A stretch of 64,000 nucleotides of DNA, from contig JAUCBJ010008744.1 in the NCBI GenBank assembly GCA_032718475.1, positions 1 through 64,000 on the forward strand. The letters are read 5' to 3'. Positions 52,017-63,474 of the stretch are shown in pieces. Position 1 is the stretch's first letter. Each line of letters begins with the position of its first letter. The stretch is from Nemertoderma westbladi. Lineage: Eukaryota > Animalia > Xenacoelomorpha. A program made the position numbers and the translations under genes. The notes beneath the pieces are model-generated. The model did no database searches, was not told the DNA's origin, and saw nothing but the letters and a program-made list of their open reading frames with translations.

Positions 52017-52412
52017 ATTATATATAAGTTAATTACAGTATAAAATAATATAGAGGACCACCCCGTACAGTACTGTGAAATAACAATTACAATTGTTTTT
52101 ATGCTTTTTAATACTTATTATTATTACAATTACAAATTGTTTGAACAGTAAAATAATAATTACTTGTTTAATGAACATTCCTACAAATTATACTGTCCCA
52201 AATAATTTTCAAACTTAGGTTGACGTTTCACATGGTTCTCTTAACTGTACATCAAAAGTAATAAATAATAGAGCAGTAAATATTGTGCAATACAATTTAA
52301 CAAGGGAACAAAAACCGCTTTTTAATAATATATAATACATAGGCCTACTCAAGACGCAATATACTTTGAGTTATTAATATTTTGCCGTACTTAGACTTAT
52401 ACACGAGAAGAG

Positions 52413-52572
52413 AGAATAAGCATGGTGGACAGCCCATGACTTTCTTGAGAAGCATCTTAAAGGACACTGGCCTTGAAGATGCGAATAATCTCGGGAAATC
52501 ATGGGGAATAGTGAGTTTCGGCGGCGCAATTTTGTTTATAACCAGGCATAGCAATCCATTATCAATGCAGCT
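52413..52572 (+). mobile_element. Diverged RTE 3' fragment
   Basis: NKHGGQPMTFLRSILKDTGLEDA matches 58806 onward, with more substitutions than the other copies. Confidence 0.8.
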
Positions 52573-53334
52573 GCTAGAAATCATTCTGCTCTGGTATTGT
52601 GGTTACTTGTTCTTTTATGTGTGGGGCGAGCCACGAAAGTAAGCGATCCATAAGCTATCCATGACCCAATGTACTGGAAGTCGTAAATACCGATTTTATG
52701 ATAGAATTGTTCAATTTGAATTTGTATCTCATAAATGAGCCTCGTGCGGCGCGAAGGCCCATCAAACTTGTTTTACGTGTTCAACCAAGTACTTCAATAC
52801 ATTAATAATGTTTTGTAATTAATTTTATCCATTTATAAATGCCTGTAGACCGAAATATTCTGTAATAAACTTTATTTTGTAATATAAGTAAATTCCTACC
52901 GTTATTACTGTACTGTACAATATATACAATTAATTTATTTATGATGTACCGGTAATATTTTTATGCATTTATTCAATCATATCTATTTTCATATACTGTG
53001 TACTGTACTTATGATTGCAGTCAGTCATAATCTTCTGTTCTATATAAGCATAAAATAATCGAAATAAATAAGCATATAAGTATATAAGCCTACTGAATTG
53101 ATTACACCAAACAGAGCCTTTTCATCCATTTTATAAGCGTCCCATTCAGGTATACTGTCAATCACTATCAAGTCAATGGGCATCCCAGTTGATGTAATGT
53201 GGAGTACATAGTAGGTTGAATTATCCCCAAGGAAGAAAGCCCAGGACGCCAAAACTCCCCTATTGACTTTTTTATATTAAATTTTGTAAAATAAAAACAT
53301 GTTTGGAAAAAACGTACACGATCCCACAATTGCA

Positions 53335-53560
53335 TTGTAGTGTCTTTATTCATTGACATACCCCCCCCCCCCCCCCCCCCCTACCAATTATCATTTTTCA
53401 ACAAATTTAATAATTGCTTAAATTTGAAACGGAGATTGTTTGACTTCCTCCCGTCACTTCGTCCAGTAGGTGAGTCATAAATGTTGCTTTTGCTTTCGTT
53501 ATTTAGCTACAAGCGTTCAGAATAAAGTGTGTTCATCGATATGTACCAGTCGTGGCCTAC
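53335..53560 (-). repeat. Dispersed non-coding repeat containing a poly-C tract (copy 2, inverted relative to 7270-7482)
   Basis: Reverse-complement similarity to 7270-7482. Confidence 0.7.
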
Positions 53561-54875
53561 TATCAATCCTTTTTAGTTTTAGGTATACTGTTGGTATATG
53601 CCTTCGAGATGGAAAGGCAACGTTGTAATCGGCGTTTTTCGAAAGTTGCATCGTTTAGCATCTGCCGCGCTCGAGGCCGTGAAGTATAAGAAGAAGTCTT
53701 CTACTCTGGGCGGCGATGTCCTTGGCCTGAATTCATTCCTTAACTGTCATTTTAATATCTATATGGACATATGAAGATATTGCTGGTGGAACGGATAGAA
53801 TTTATATTATAAGATACAAATAAAAATGTTCAGCATAATGTTGTAGAGTGCATATACGTAGAGGCGTTGACGTAGTCAATAAAACCCGTTGCATTCAATG
53901 GAAATATCTCCAGATGTCGTAGGTTCGATCCCGGCATGGTTCTGGGTAGCTTTCGTTTCGACATGATTGCTTTAAAGGGACTAGTCCGACTCAATTCTGC
54001 CATGTATCTTAAATATCCGAAAAATGAAAAGTTTTTTCCTCTGAGTAGGTCTACAGTAGTCTATGTTCTAGGGACCGCATGGTAATTATTTTCGGATTTT
54101 GAGATTTGATGCCCAATTTTTAGCCGAACGACCGAAGAAATCTTTAATTTTATGCTGATTGAATGTCAAACCGAAACCAAACTGAAAACACTTAATACAT
54201 TTTTAAGATGATCACATACTATTTTATTAGCACGATAGTAAATGTTTGAAAATCATTACTCTACTGTATTTGTATAGTTAAATAATAATATTGAATTTCT
54301 ATAATTATAATAATTAATTAATAATAGAAAATGAGGTTTATATTTGAATTTACAGTTTATTGTATAATAACGTTTTTAAGATGATCGAGGGTGAAGCACA
54401 ATAAGACTGTGAGGAGCCGTTAATGATACTCAAATTGTTGGAACTGGTAGCTCATGTCAATTCCACAGGATGGATATATTACCACGATCATGGACACGTC
54501 ACGCAGTCAAATCGATACACCCATATTGGTACAGTAGTGCTCCTCTAAGGGATGAAGTATGGGTAAGCACATGAGAATGGCCCCATATTGACAATAATCA
54601 ATATTTGTTTAGACTAGTAATAGGGATGACACATGGCATACTCCATAGCCTCGTTTAACTTTGCCACTAGGCGGCACAAGTGCCGCCCAGTTGAATCAAT
54701 TTGCCGCCCAGTCACAGCCAGAGTGCATTCCTAATATATTAAATATGGACTAGCCTCAGCCAGCGACCAATCTAACATGTATCAATCCCAGTAAAGTACC
54801 TACATAAACTTCTAAAGGAATAAGTGATTGACAGCACAGAGACTTCAATGGGTGATAGCCATAGTACAGTACGAC

Positions 54876-55094
54876 TAAGCACCGAATTGTGATTTTAATG
54901 TTTGTGACACTAATTATTTGGGTATTTTTTTTTGAAAATTAGGTCAATTTTTCAAAAAATAAGCCAAATGTATGAGAAAAATTGAAATTAAAAAAAAATT
55001 GATCTACCAGAAAGCCCATTAAATTCCGGTTGGAATGCAAGAACAATTGGCCTATAAAGTAATCTGATGCGTTCTAAAAGTGTACCGAGGCTTA
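54876..55094 (+). mobile_element. ~220-bp MITE-like repeat, copy 1
   Basis: TAAGCACCG...CCGAGGCTTA (short imperfect TIR); highly similar to 57024-57234. Confidence 0.75.
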
Positions 55095-55163
55095 ATAGTG
55101 GATAGTTCTTTTTACAGAACACATAGGAGGGCTAGTTAGTGAAAGTTTGGTACTCAGGAGATG

Positions 55164-56468
55164 GAGCGCCAGTAGTGAGTCGCTGGTACGTATTATAGAG
55201 CGCCAGTAGTGAGTCGCTGGTACGTATTATAGAGCGCCAGTAGTGAGTCGCTGGTACGTATTATAGAGCGCCAGTAGTGAGTCGCTGGTACGTATTATAT
55301 TGCGCCAGTAGTGAGTCGCTGGTAAGTATTATATTGCGCCAGTAGTGAGTCGCTGGTACGTATTATATTGCGCCAGTAGTGAGTCGCTGGTAAGTATTAT
55401 ATTGCGCCAGTAGTGAGTCGCTGGTACGTATTATATTGCGCCAGTAGTGAGTCGCTGAGTACGTATTATATTGCACCAGTAGTGAGACGCAGATACGTAT
55501 TACGTCCGGCGCCAGTAGTGAGTCGCTGGTACGTAATTTAGGCGCCAGTAGCGAGTCGCTGGTACGTATTATTGAGCGCCAGTAGTGAGTCGCTGGTACG
55601 TATTATAGAGCGCCAGTAGTGAGTCGCTGGTACGTATTATATTGCGCCAGTAGTGAGTCGCTGGTAAGTATTATATTGCGCCAGTAGTGAGTCGCTGGTA
55701 CGTATTATATTGCGCCAGTAGTGAGTCGCTGGTAAGTATTATATTGCGCCAGTAGTGAGTCGCTGGTACGTATTATATTGCGCCAGTAGTGAGTCGCTGA
55801 GTACGTATTATATTGCACCAGTAGTGAGACGCAGATACGTATTACGTCCGGCGCCAGTAGTGAGTCGCTGGTACGTAATTTAGAGCGCCAGTAGTGAGTC
55901 GTTGGTACGTATTATTGAGCGCCAGTAGTGAGTCGCTGGTACGTATTACGTCCGGCGCCAGTAGTGAGTTGCTGGTACGTAATTTAGGCGCCAGTAGCGA
56001 GTCGCTGGTACGTATTATTGAGCGCCAGTAGTGAGTCGCTGGTACGTATTACGTCCGGCGCCAGTAGTGAGTTGCTGGTACGTAATTTAGGCGCCAGTAG
56101 CGAGTCGTTGGTACGTATTATTGAGCGCCAGTAGTGAGTCGCTGGTACGTATTACGTCCGGCGCCAGTAGTGAGTTGCTGGTACGTAATTTAGGCGCCAG
56201 TAGCGAGTCGCTGGTACGTATTATTGAGCGCCAGTAGTGAGTCGCTGGTACGTATTACGTCCGGCGCCAGTAGTGAGTTGCTGGTACGTAATTTAGGCGC
56301 CAGTAGCGAGTCGCTGGTACGTATTATTGAGCGCCAGTAGTGAGTCGCTGGTACGTATTACGTCCGGTGCCAGTAGTGAGTTGCTGGTACGTAATTTAGA
56401 GCGCCAGTAGTGAGTCGCTGGTACGTAATTTAGAGCGCCAGTAGTGAGTCGCTGGTACGTATTACGTC
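55164..56468. repeat. 34-bp minisatellite (GCGCCAGTAGTGAGTCGCTGGTACGTATTATAGA) with a 101-bp trimeric higher-order repeat
   Basis: Direct reading; the ATTGA/ACGTCCG/ATTTAG variants cycle at ~55900-56400. Confidence 0.95.
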
Positions 56469-57023
56469 GGGTACCATTCATATTTTTGGACAATTACGGC
56501 TTGCACGGTTATGGCTTCGGTAACACAGCCTGGTATAATAAATGAATAAACGTTCGCTGGCAGTTGTGACTCGCCCCATACAGTGCAAGTCAAGTACATA
56601 CTACGTTGTTGTACTGTACCATAGGCCTACTGTGTTGAACAGTTGCACTGCAAGATAATTTGCACTTCATGGTGTAAACGTACTGTACAACAACACTTAA
56701 GTAGCGCGACGTGATAATTAAGGAAGGCGGGTAGCTCAGTTGGTTGATCGTTCAATTGGTTGTGGGGTCAATAAAATGAGTCAATAAATTGAGTATCAGT
56801 TAATTTTCTGGGAGCAAAACTGGGGATAGGAGTCGCTCCCATCCTTAGCTTTGGATGGCAGCTATCGAAAAAAGAGGATTCCTCAGGTCGCATCCGGCTT
56901 CGACGACTGTTTGCTTTGCTTTTTTTGCTATTATCATTAAAGTAAACCGAGTACTGAAATCATTGAAATTGCATTGCATTCCATAACATGAAATAAAATA
57001 TACCATAACATAAAATGTACGCA

Positions 57024-57234
57024 TAAGCACCGAATTGTGATTTTAATGTTTGTGACACTAATTATTTGGCAATTTTTTGAAAATTAGGTCCATTTTTCAA
57101 AAAATAAGCTAAAATGTTGAAATTGTAGAAAAAAAATTGGTCTCACAAGAAAGCCCATTAAATTCCGGTTGGAATGCAGAACACTTGGCCTATAAAGTAA
57201 TCTCGATGCGTTCGTAAAAGTGTACCGAGGCTCA
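57024..57234 (+). mobile_element. ~210-bp MITE-like repeat, copy 2
   Basis: Direct-orientation copy of 54876-55094. Confidence 0.75.
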
Positions 57235-57962
57235 ATATTAGTGCCTGTACTGTACTACTGTAGATCTAACTTTGTTGGACGGTAAATTATTTTTACAGGC
57301 GGTCTTCGAGGCGAGGAGTTTGAGGCATTTAGCACACTGAAGTCGGAACAGAATTCGGGTGAATCGTTTCACAGCATTGTTTGATAAAGACAGAAAAATG
57401 ACCGCTGTTAGTTACTGAATATATCGCCGATCGAAATGTACAAAATGTTAGTTGTTAGTAGAATGCCCTGGTGTCATCTGTTCTGTAGAAGAGCATTAAC
57501 TCATATAACAAATGGTAGCCTGTAGCCCGAGCGACATCCATACACACAGCACTTTCCAACCATAACTTTGTAACTGAACTGCTAACTGCGCATACGGATA
57601 ATACAGTAGTAATACGTACCGGTATGTCAATATTTTCCAGACCAAACCAAGATTAGGCCCCCGTCCTGGCAGCCAGGCCCCAGCAGCCCGGTAGAGGTGA
57701 TAATAATTAATAACTAGGCATATAAACATTTATGTGCGGTACGGACGTAATCCTAATCAGGTAATGCAATAATGAAGGCATTGGTGCCTAACAACATAAA
57801 GCAGTCAGCAGTAATGGAATGCCTAACGTACTAGTGGCGCCGTGCAGTGAGCAGTGCACATACGGAATGCATTACCTGCATTACCGGACCAGTACTTAGT
57901 ACTGAAGTAGAAGGAATGGAAATTTTGCTTCTAATCTTGCTTTCGATTACGAAAGCTACTAC

Positions 57963-59007
57963 AGTAGTAGTAGTTGACGGTGACACAGAACCATTTGAAG
58001 TGTTATGGGGCGTACTCCAAGGAGACACGCTTGCACCATTCTTGTTCATTATTGTGGTTGACTATGTTCTACGCATGTCCTTAGATCATCATAATGATGA
58101 TGGGGTGATGATAACTCCACCTACTGGCTCCAGAAGTCGAGGAAATCCTGCCAAGTACCTAACTGATCTAGACTTTGCTGATGACTTAGGAGTACTCTCA
58201 GAATCATTAGAGGGAGCCCAGCGGCTCCTCAGCTCATTAGAACATGCTGCTTCTAGTGTTTGTCTTTTTATTAATTCCAGAAAGACCAAAATTCTGACAG
58301 TTAACTTTGAAAGTCCTCAGCAAGTCTCTGATCGGATGAGCATAAGCTCAAAGGATGGTATGCTTGATCATGTGGACGACTTCTGTTACCTGGGATCATG
58401 GATCCGGAAGTCAGGTGAGGACCTTCGAATACGTAAGGGAAAGGCATGGGCAGCCTTGAATAGGCTTTCCAGGATTTGGAAGTCACCTAGAATTAATCGG
58501 AAACTTAAGGTCCGATTATTTAGAGCAGCAGTAGTTCCAGTACTCCTCTACGGGAGTCCATGCTGGGCTCTAACTGCTGAGGACACCAAATCTCTGGATG
58601 GCACATTCACAAGAATGCTACGCCGGGTACATTGTGTCAAGTACAATGCACACATCTCCAACCAGACACTATATAACATTGGAGGTGTCTCATTGGTTCC
58701 CCCAAGCTTGACACTAGAACAAAATCGCCTCCGCTTTGCAGGACATTGCTTTCGCCGTGAGGACCAGCCAGTGCATAATCTTGTACTTTGGCAGCCTCAT
58801 GGAGTGAATAAGCATGGTGGACAGCCCATGACTTTCTTGAGACGCATCTTAAAGGACACTGGCCTTAAAGATGCGGATGATCTAGCAAATGTCATGGGTG
58901 ATAGGGAGTTGTGGCGGTGCAATTTTGTTGACAAGCCGGCACAGCATTCTTAAAAATGCAGCTGCAATGCAGCATGCCGATCCTAGTAGTAGTAGTAGTA
59001 GTAGTAA
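57963..59007 (+). mobile_element. 5'-truncated RTE-clade LINE (partial RT, uninterrupted) with (TAG)n tail
   Basis: GVLQGDTLAPFLF, DLDFADD, FCYLGS, VLLYGSPCW, RLRFAGHCFR; stop at 58953; tail ~58984-59007. Confidence 0.93.
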
Positions 59008-59101
59008 TGGAGGGATGAGTCAGTGTCCAACCCAATGCGACCTTACTAATGTTAGTAAAGGTCGCGCCTTTGGTCCAATCATTGTGTAGATGTCTATAGA
59101 T

Positions 59102-60335
59102 GGTGTTCGGACACTTCCCCCCCGGACACTTCCCCCCCGGACAGTTCCCCCCCGCTCAAGTAGGACACTTCCCCCCCGGACACTTCCCCCCCAGACACTT
59201 CCCCCCCGCGGACACTTCCCCCCCGACTGTTCTTAACTTCGCACATTTGTATTTTTCATTTTGTAAGGTAAACGGACCGCTTGTATCCAGATAAGTTGTA
59301 TCCAATTTTCCTTACGTAGCTCAGAAAGTGATCTTTTGCATCCCGATTTTACATTTTATATCCAAGTTTTATTTATGGGTTTTATCAATGCAATTACATC
59401 GTATTGTTTGCTAATCTTTAAACAATTAATTATATTAGATGACCTATAAATTCCATCCCCCGAATGATATACTGTTTTTATTAACTATAGAATTATAATA
59501 ATTAATTGTTTTAATTATAGGTATTATTATGTAATAGTCTTCTTCAAATTGTAGCAGATGGGGATGAATATTATTGTTGCAATCAAAATTATACCTCTCC
59601 AGGGTAAAATCGACATGCGTCGACCTGTATTCTGTGTTCAGCATTACATATTGATATATATATTACTACTATACATACTATATAGATATTATACACACTA
59701 CATATTAAATTTCCTGGTTACTTGCAATATTTTTAATAGGATTTTGTTGAATTATATAATATTGTAGTAATTTATATATTAAATTGGTTAACATTCAATA
59801 CAGCTCCTACTTTAGGCTTAGTCAATTTATTATCTGATGATACAAACATGAATTAATTATTTCAAAGTGGTCTTAAGTCTTTCACCACGGGCACTCAGGG
59901 AAATGCCGGGGTCTGGGGGCGATAACCCCCAAGAAAAGAAGCGGGGGTTTGGGGGCGGCAGCCCCCAAGAAAAGAAGCGGGGGTTTGGGGGCGGTAGCCC
60001 CCAACAAAAGAAGCGGGGGTTTGGGGGCGGCAGCCCCCAATTAAAAGAAATTAAAAGAATTAAAGGAATTAAAAGAAAAACAAACAAAATTTGACTATAA
60101 AAATGTTTCTTTTATAATTTTGAAAAAACTTGTCTAGATACAACTTGTCCTGTAACCATCTTTAACTTTTGTTTATTGCTTTGATGCACCCAGATTAATT
60201 TTAACACTTTAACTGGGGGGGAAGTGTCCGGGGGGCAAGTGTCCGGGGGGGAAGTGTCCGGGGGGGAAGTGTCCTACTTGGGCGGGGGGGAAGTGTCCGG
60301 GGGGGAAGTGTCCGGGGGGGAAGTGTCCTAGATCC
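59102..60335. mobile_element. 1.23-kb non-autonomous foldback/MITE DNA transposon with modular TIRs and an 8-bp TSD
   Basis: GG...CC termini; TIRs built of GGACACTTCCCCCCC units (59109-59225 versus 60215-60328); perfect CTATAGAT duplication at 59094-59101 and 60336-60343. Confidence 0.9.
59905..60040. repeat. 36-bp GC-hairpin repeat (GGGGGCGGCAGCCCCCAAGAAAAGAAGCGGGGGTTT) x~4 inside the MITE
   Basis: Direct reading. Confidence 0.85.
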
Positions 60336-60739
60336 CTATAGATTCCTGATAGGCTTACTGCAGTTAATTGGTGCCTCAGATGGATATTGGATAGTTCCAA
60401 CTTCCAAGGCTGCTTGCTATCACCATACTTACCTGTCTGGCACCTTTAACCCCCTACCCCTGTTAGTTAAGAGTAGTCAGTTTTCAGTATATGTTACTAT
60501 TAGTATTCAGGAGAGATTTAGAAGTTTAGTAGTCATTATAAACTACCCCGAGACGGCAGGGCTTACATTGCATCATTGCTTTATTATGTAATAAATTGGT
60601 TTTGAAAATTAAGTGTTTAACTACTTAATTAGGGTTCGTCTATGTACATTTATTATTAGTTTGATATAATTATAATAATACTATTATTATTTTATTAATA
60701 TACTCAACTAAACAGTGGATATAACAGCTCAGATAAAAT

Positions 60740-60879
60740 GTAGAGCTGGAAATACTACGTGATGTCTTGCATAACGCCATCTAGGGGTAGAGCTGGAAAT
60801 ACTACGTGATGTCTTGTATAACGCCATCTAGGGGTAGAGCTGGAAATACTACGTGATGTCTTGTATAACGCCATCTAGG
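60740..60879. repeat. 47-bp tandem triplication
   Basis: GTAGAGCTGG at 60740, 60787 and 60834. Confidence 0.9.
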
Positions 60880-61044
60880 CCTCCTGACCCCGCAGCTACA
60901 GATGCCCGACAGTTTAATCTACTTTGGCAGTATTCTCACCGAAAACACCAGTTAATAATATAATTAAAAATGGTAGCACTTAATGCCAATCGCACATTTT
61001 AGATTTACAACTTACGAACTTACAGTACAGCAGTAGCTCCAATT

Positions 61045-61430
61045 GATCCGAATTTAGTTCCAAAATAAATTATATAAATCGAACCCAGTTCCAATCGAGG
61101 CAAACTCTGTTCCAATCACAGAATATCAAAACGAATTTAGTTCAAATGCATGTGAATTTAATTCCAATGCATTCAAATTTACTTTCAATGCAAGCGAATT
61201 TAGTTCCAATGGACGAGAACTTAGTTCCAATGTTTCAATCGTTAGGCGAAGCCTTTGTAGGAATATAGTATCAGTATTCAGTATGTCTGTGTACCAGTAG
61301 GAAGTAGGCCTACTCAATAGAGCAGTACTCAACAGCAGCACCTGGTTGGTTGGGGTGTGGAGCGAGACGCAGTTTAATTACGTGCAATTAAATTGGAATC
61401 AATTCGTTTCTATTGAAACTAAATTCCCAT
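61045..61430. repeat. 21-bp subrepeats (GAATTTAGTTCCAATG core) with inverted copies at ~61390-61427; probable DNA-transposon subterminal repeats
   Basis: Direct reading. Confidence 0.45.
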
Positions 61431-61759
61431 AATTCTTAAATTGCACCTAAGTAGGGGGAATCTTAAGTGAAATACGAAACACCAGAGGCAAGCTATAAGT
61501 TACAGTAACTCGTGTAATTTCGTTTGCGGCATATCCGTAACGATCAGAAGTAACCCGAGATGTAAAATGTGTCGGGCGAGCGCTGGCGTGGGAGCTGCGA
61601 GGTGCATCAAAAGATAGAGATGTTTTATTTTCAAGTAATACGCTAATAAATTTCCCAAAAAAATCTATTTAGCAGCTAGGGTGCCGGTACTGCGGACACT
61701 GGTGTAAGATGAGTGTTCGCAAACCCTTTTATTTAATTGAATCTTTCAATGATTATTAT

Positions 61760-61880
61760 ACCGTTCGCACAATGGCTCACGGTTCTGATTCACCCGATTT
61801 AATAAAAATACCCCGTTACAACCTAGTATCCTTTGGCTCTCGCTCCTCCTCTTACTCAGCAGCTGTCGTTTTTAATAAAA
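61760..61880 (+). mobile_element. Degenerate CR1/L2 ORF2 C-terminal fragment
   Basis: LIKIPRYNLVSFGSRSSSYSAAVVFN parallels LLQPSRYRLTHYGKRAFSVAAPTIWN of the LINE at ~2260-2340. Confidence 0.5.
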
Positions 61881-62622
61881 ATACCTCATTGCAACCTATG
61901 CAGTATCGTTTGGCGCTCGTTCCTTCTCTTAGTCAGCACCTCATTATTGCCCTGCTCTCATCTTCTCTTCTATACAATTTCTTTATTCCACACTGTATTT
62001 TTCACTGCGCCATGTATGAGTTTATCAGCAACAATATCGCATCGTTATTCTTAAAATTTGCAGTGTTGCACTGTTTGCAGTGTTGCACTGTTTGCAGTGT
62101 TGCACTGTTGGGGTGGGACGGGGTCACGAAAATGACTCAAAAGGAGATAAATTGATAAACACAAATTAAAAGATTAATTAGTTTACTGTTTTTATTTTTG
62201 TTATTTGTTTTGAATAAAAACATTCACTGTAACATGCTCCTTTCCCTTAGTATTTAATCATGTTTTATTTAAATACTGTACATACGTTTTTACCATTTCT
62301 CAAAATAATCATGTCATTGCGTGCTTGGTTTTCCTTCAAGAAACATTGTGGGAAAATAGCAATTTCATTACATGTTTCACATATTTACTGATCTAATAAA
62401 CCAAATCATATTCATTGAATTGACTCAGAAATCTACAAAGCTGTGCAGCTACTGTAACTTGAGGTATTATTTGTAAAATATGGTCGACTTACATGAAAAC
62501 AATTATTTATAAATATTCATTCAAGAAGCAACAAGTAACACATCGCACATTATTATTATTCCCGCATTCAAATATAATTAATAGGGACTCTTTCTATTCC
62601 TATCGGATTCCATATACAAACA

Positions 62623-63123
62623 ATGGCGATTATATTCATGGTAATTTTCTCGGTATGCAGTGTTAGTGTAATTGCATTCCACCGGGCTGAAGAAAGTTGC
62701 AATGGTAACGAAATATACTGCAAGTTGGACGAAGTATCGTATTGCGTGCCGCGTCCGTGGCAGTGCGACTCGATACCTGACTGCGACGACGGCTCGGATG
62801 AGACTGGATGCGACGCGGATTTCTGCACGGCTGAGGAGTTCGTGTGTTACGACCAGGGTTACCCGTGCGTGCCGCAAAAATGGGTCTGCGATGGAATCCA
62901 GGATTGTTACACCAAGGCGACACCCGAGCCATCAGACGAAACCAGTTGTGAGACCTGCAAAGAAGGCGCGTCTAAGTGCGGAGATACAAGCCAGTGTTTT
63001 TACGACAAATTTAAATGCGATGGTTACACAGACTGCATCAATGAATTTGATGAACAGGATTGTCCCCCCTTGGACTTTACATTTGAATTCGAGACGGATT
63101 CTACATTCCAGGACTTTGTGTAA
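62623..63123 (+). CDS. Secreted protein with three LDL-receptor class A modules (166 aa; could be the first exon of a longer gene)
   Basis: Hydrophobic signal peptide, then three 6-Cys modules with acidic motifs CDSIPDCDDGSDE, CDGIQDC...SDE and CDGYTDCINEFDE; GC-rich relative to flanks. Confidence 0.85.
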   Translation: MAIIFMVIFSVCSVSVIAFHRAEESCNGNEIYCKLDEVSYCVPRPWQCDSIPDCDDGSDETGCDADFCTAEEFVCYDQGYPCVPQKWVCDGIQDCYTKATPEPSDETSCETCKEGASKCGDTSQCFYDKFKCDGYTDCINEFDEQDCPPLDFTFEFETDSTFQDFV

Positions 63124-63474
63124 TGTATGGTATTTCAATTCGGTTTAATTGTATCGACTCACGTGGTAATTAATTGGTTTACATATAAAAATTGGTTTAC
63201 ATATAAAAATGCTACATGTTTTCTTTGTAAAATTAGGATTAATTAGAGAAATTAATAAAAGCAGATATTTATGTGATTTGTTTAAATATGATGCACTATT
63301 CTTATTCTTTATTTTATACTCAATCTAGAACAACAATAATTTGCAGATTGTGAGGTGGGGAACAGACATGGTCCATCCAGGGAATGTTGGAATTCTAACA
63401 GATAATATGGAAGACAATAACGGGTAGGGGGGGGGGGGGGGGGTGGTGGGGTTACAACTTAATGAAAATTCAAA

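Noticed and set aside
55164-56468. CRISPR-like look (constant palindromic core with variable linker)
   Set aside because: Linkers are only 6-9 bp and recur; there are no unique spacers or cas genes, and the context is eukaryotic.
56726-56755. tRNA-like 5' half GGCGGGTAGCTCAGTTGGTTG (also a B-box at ~53922)
   Set aside because: No matching T-arm or acceptor stem; at most SINE debris.
59100-60400. GHFPP-repeat ORFs
   Set aside because: Translations of the MITE TIR modules on both strands.
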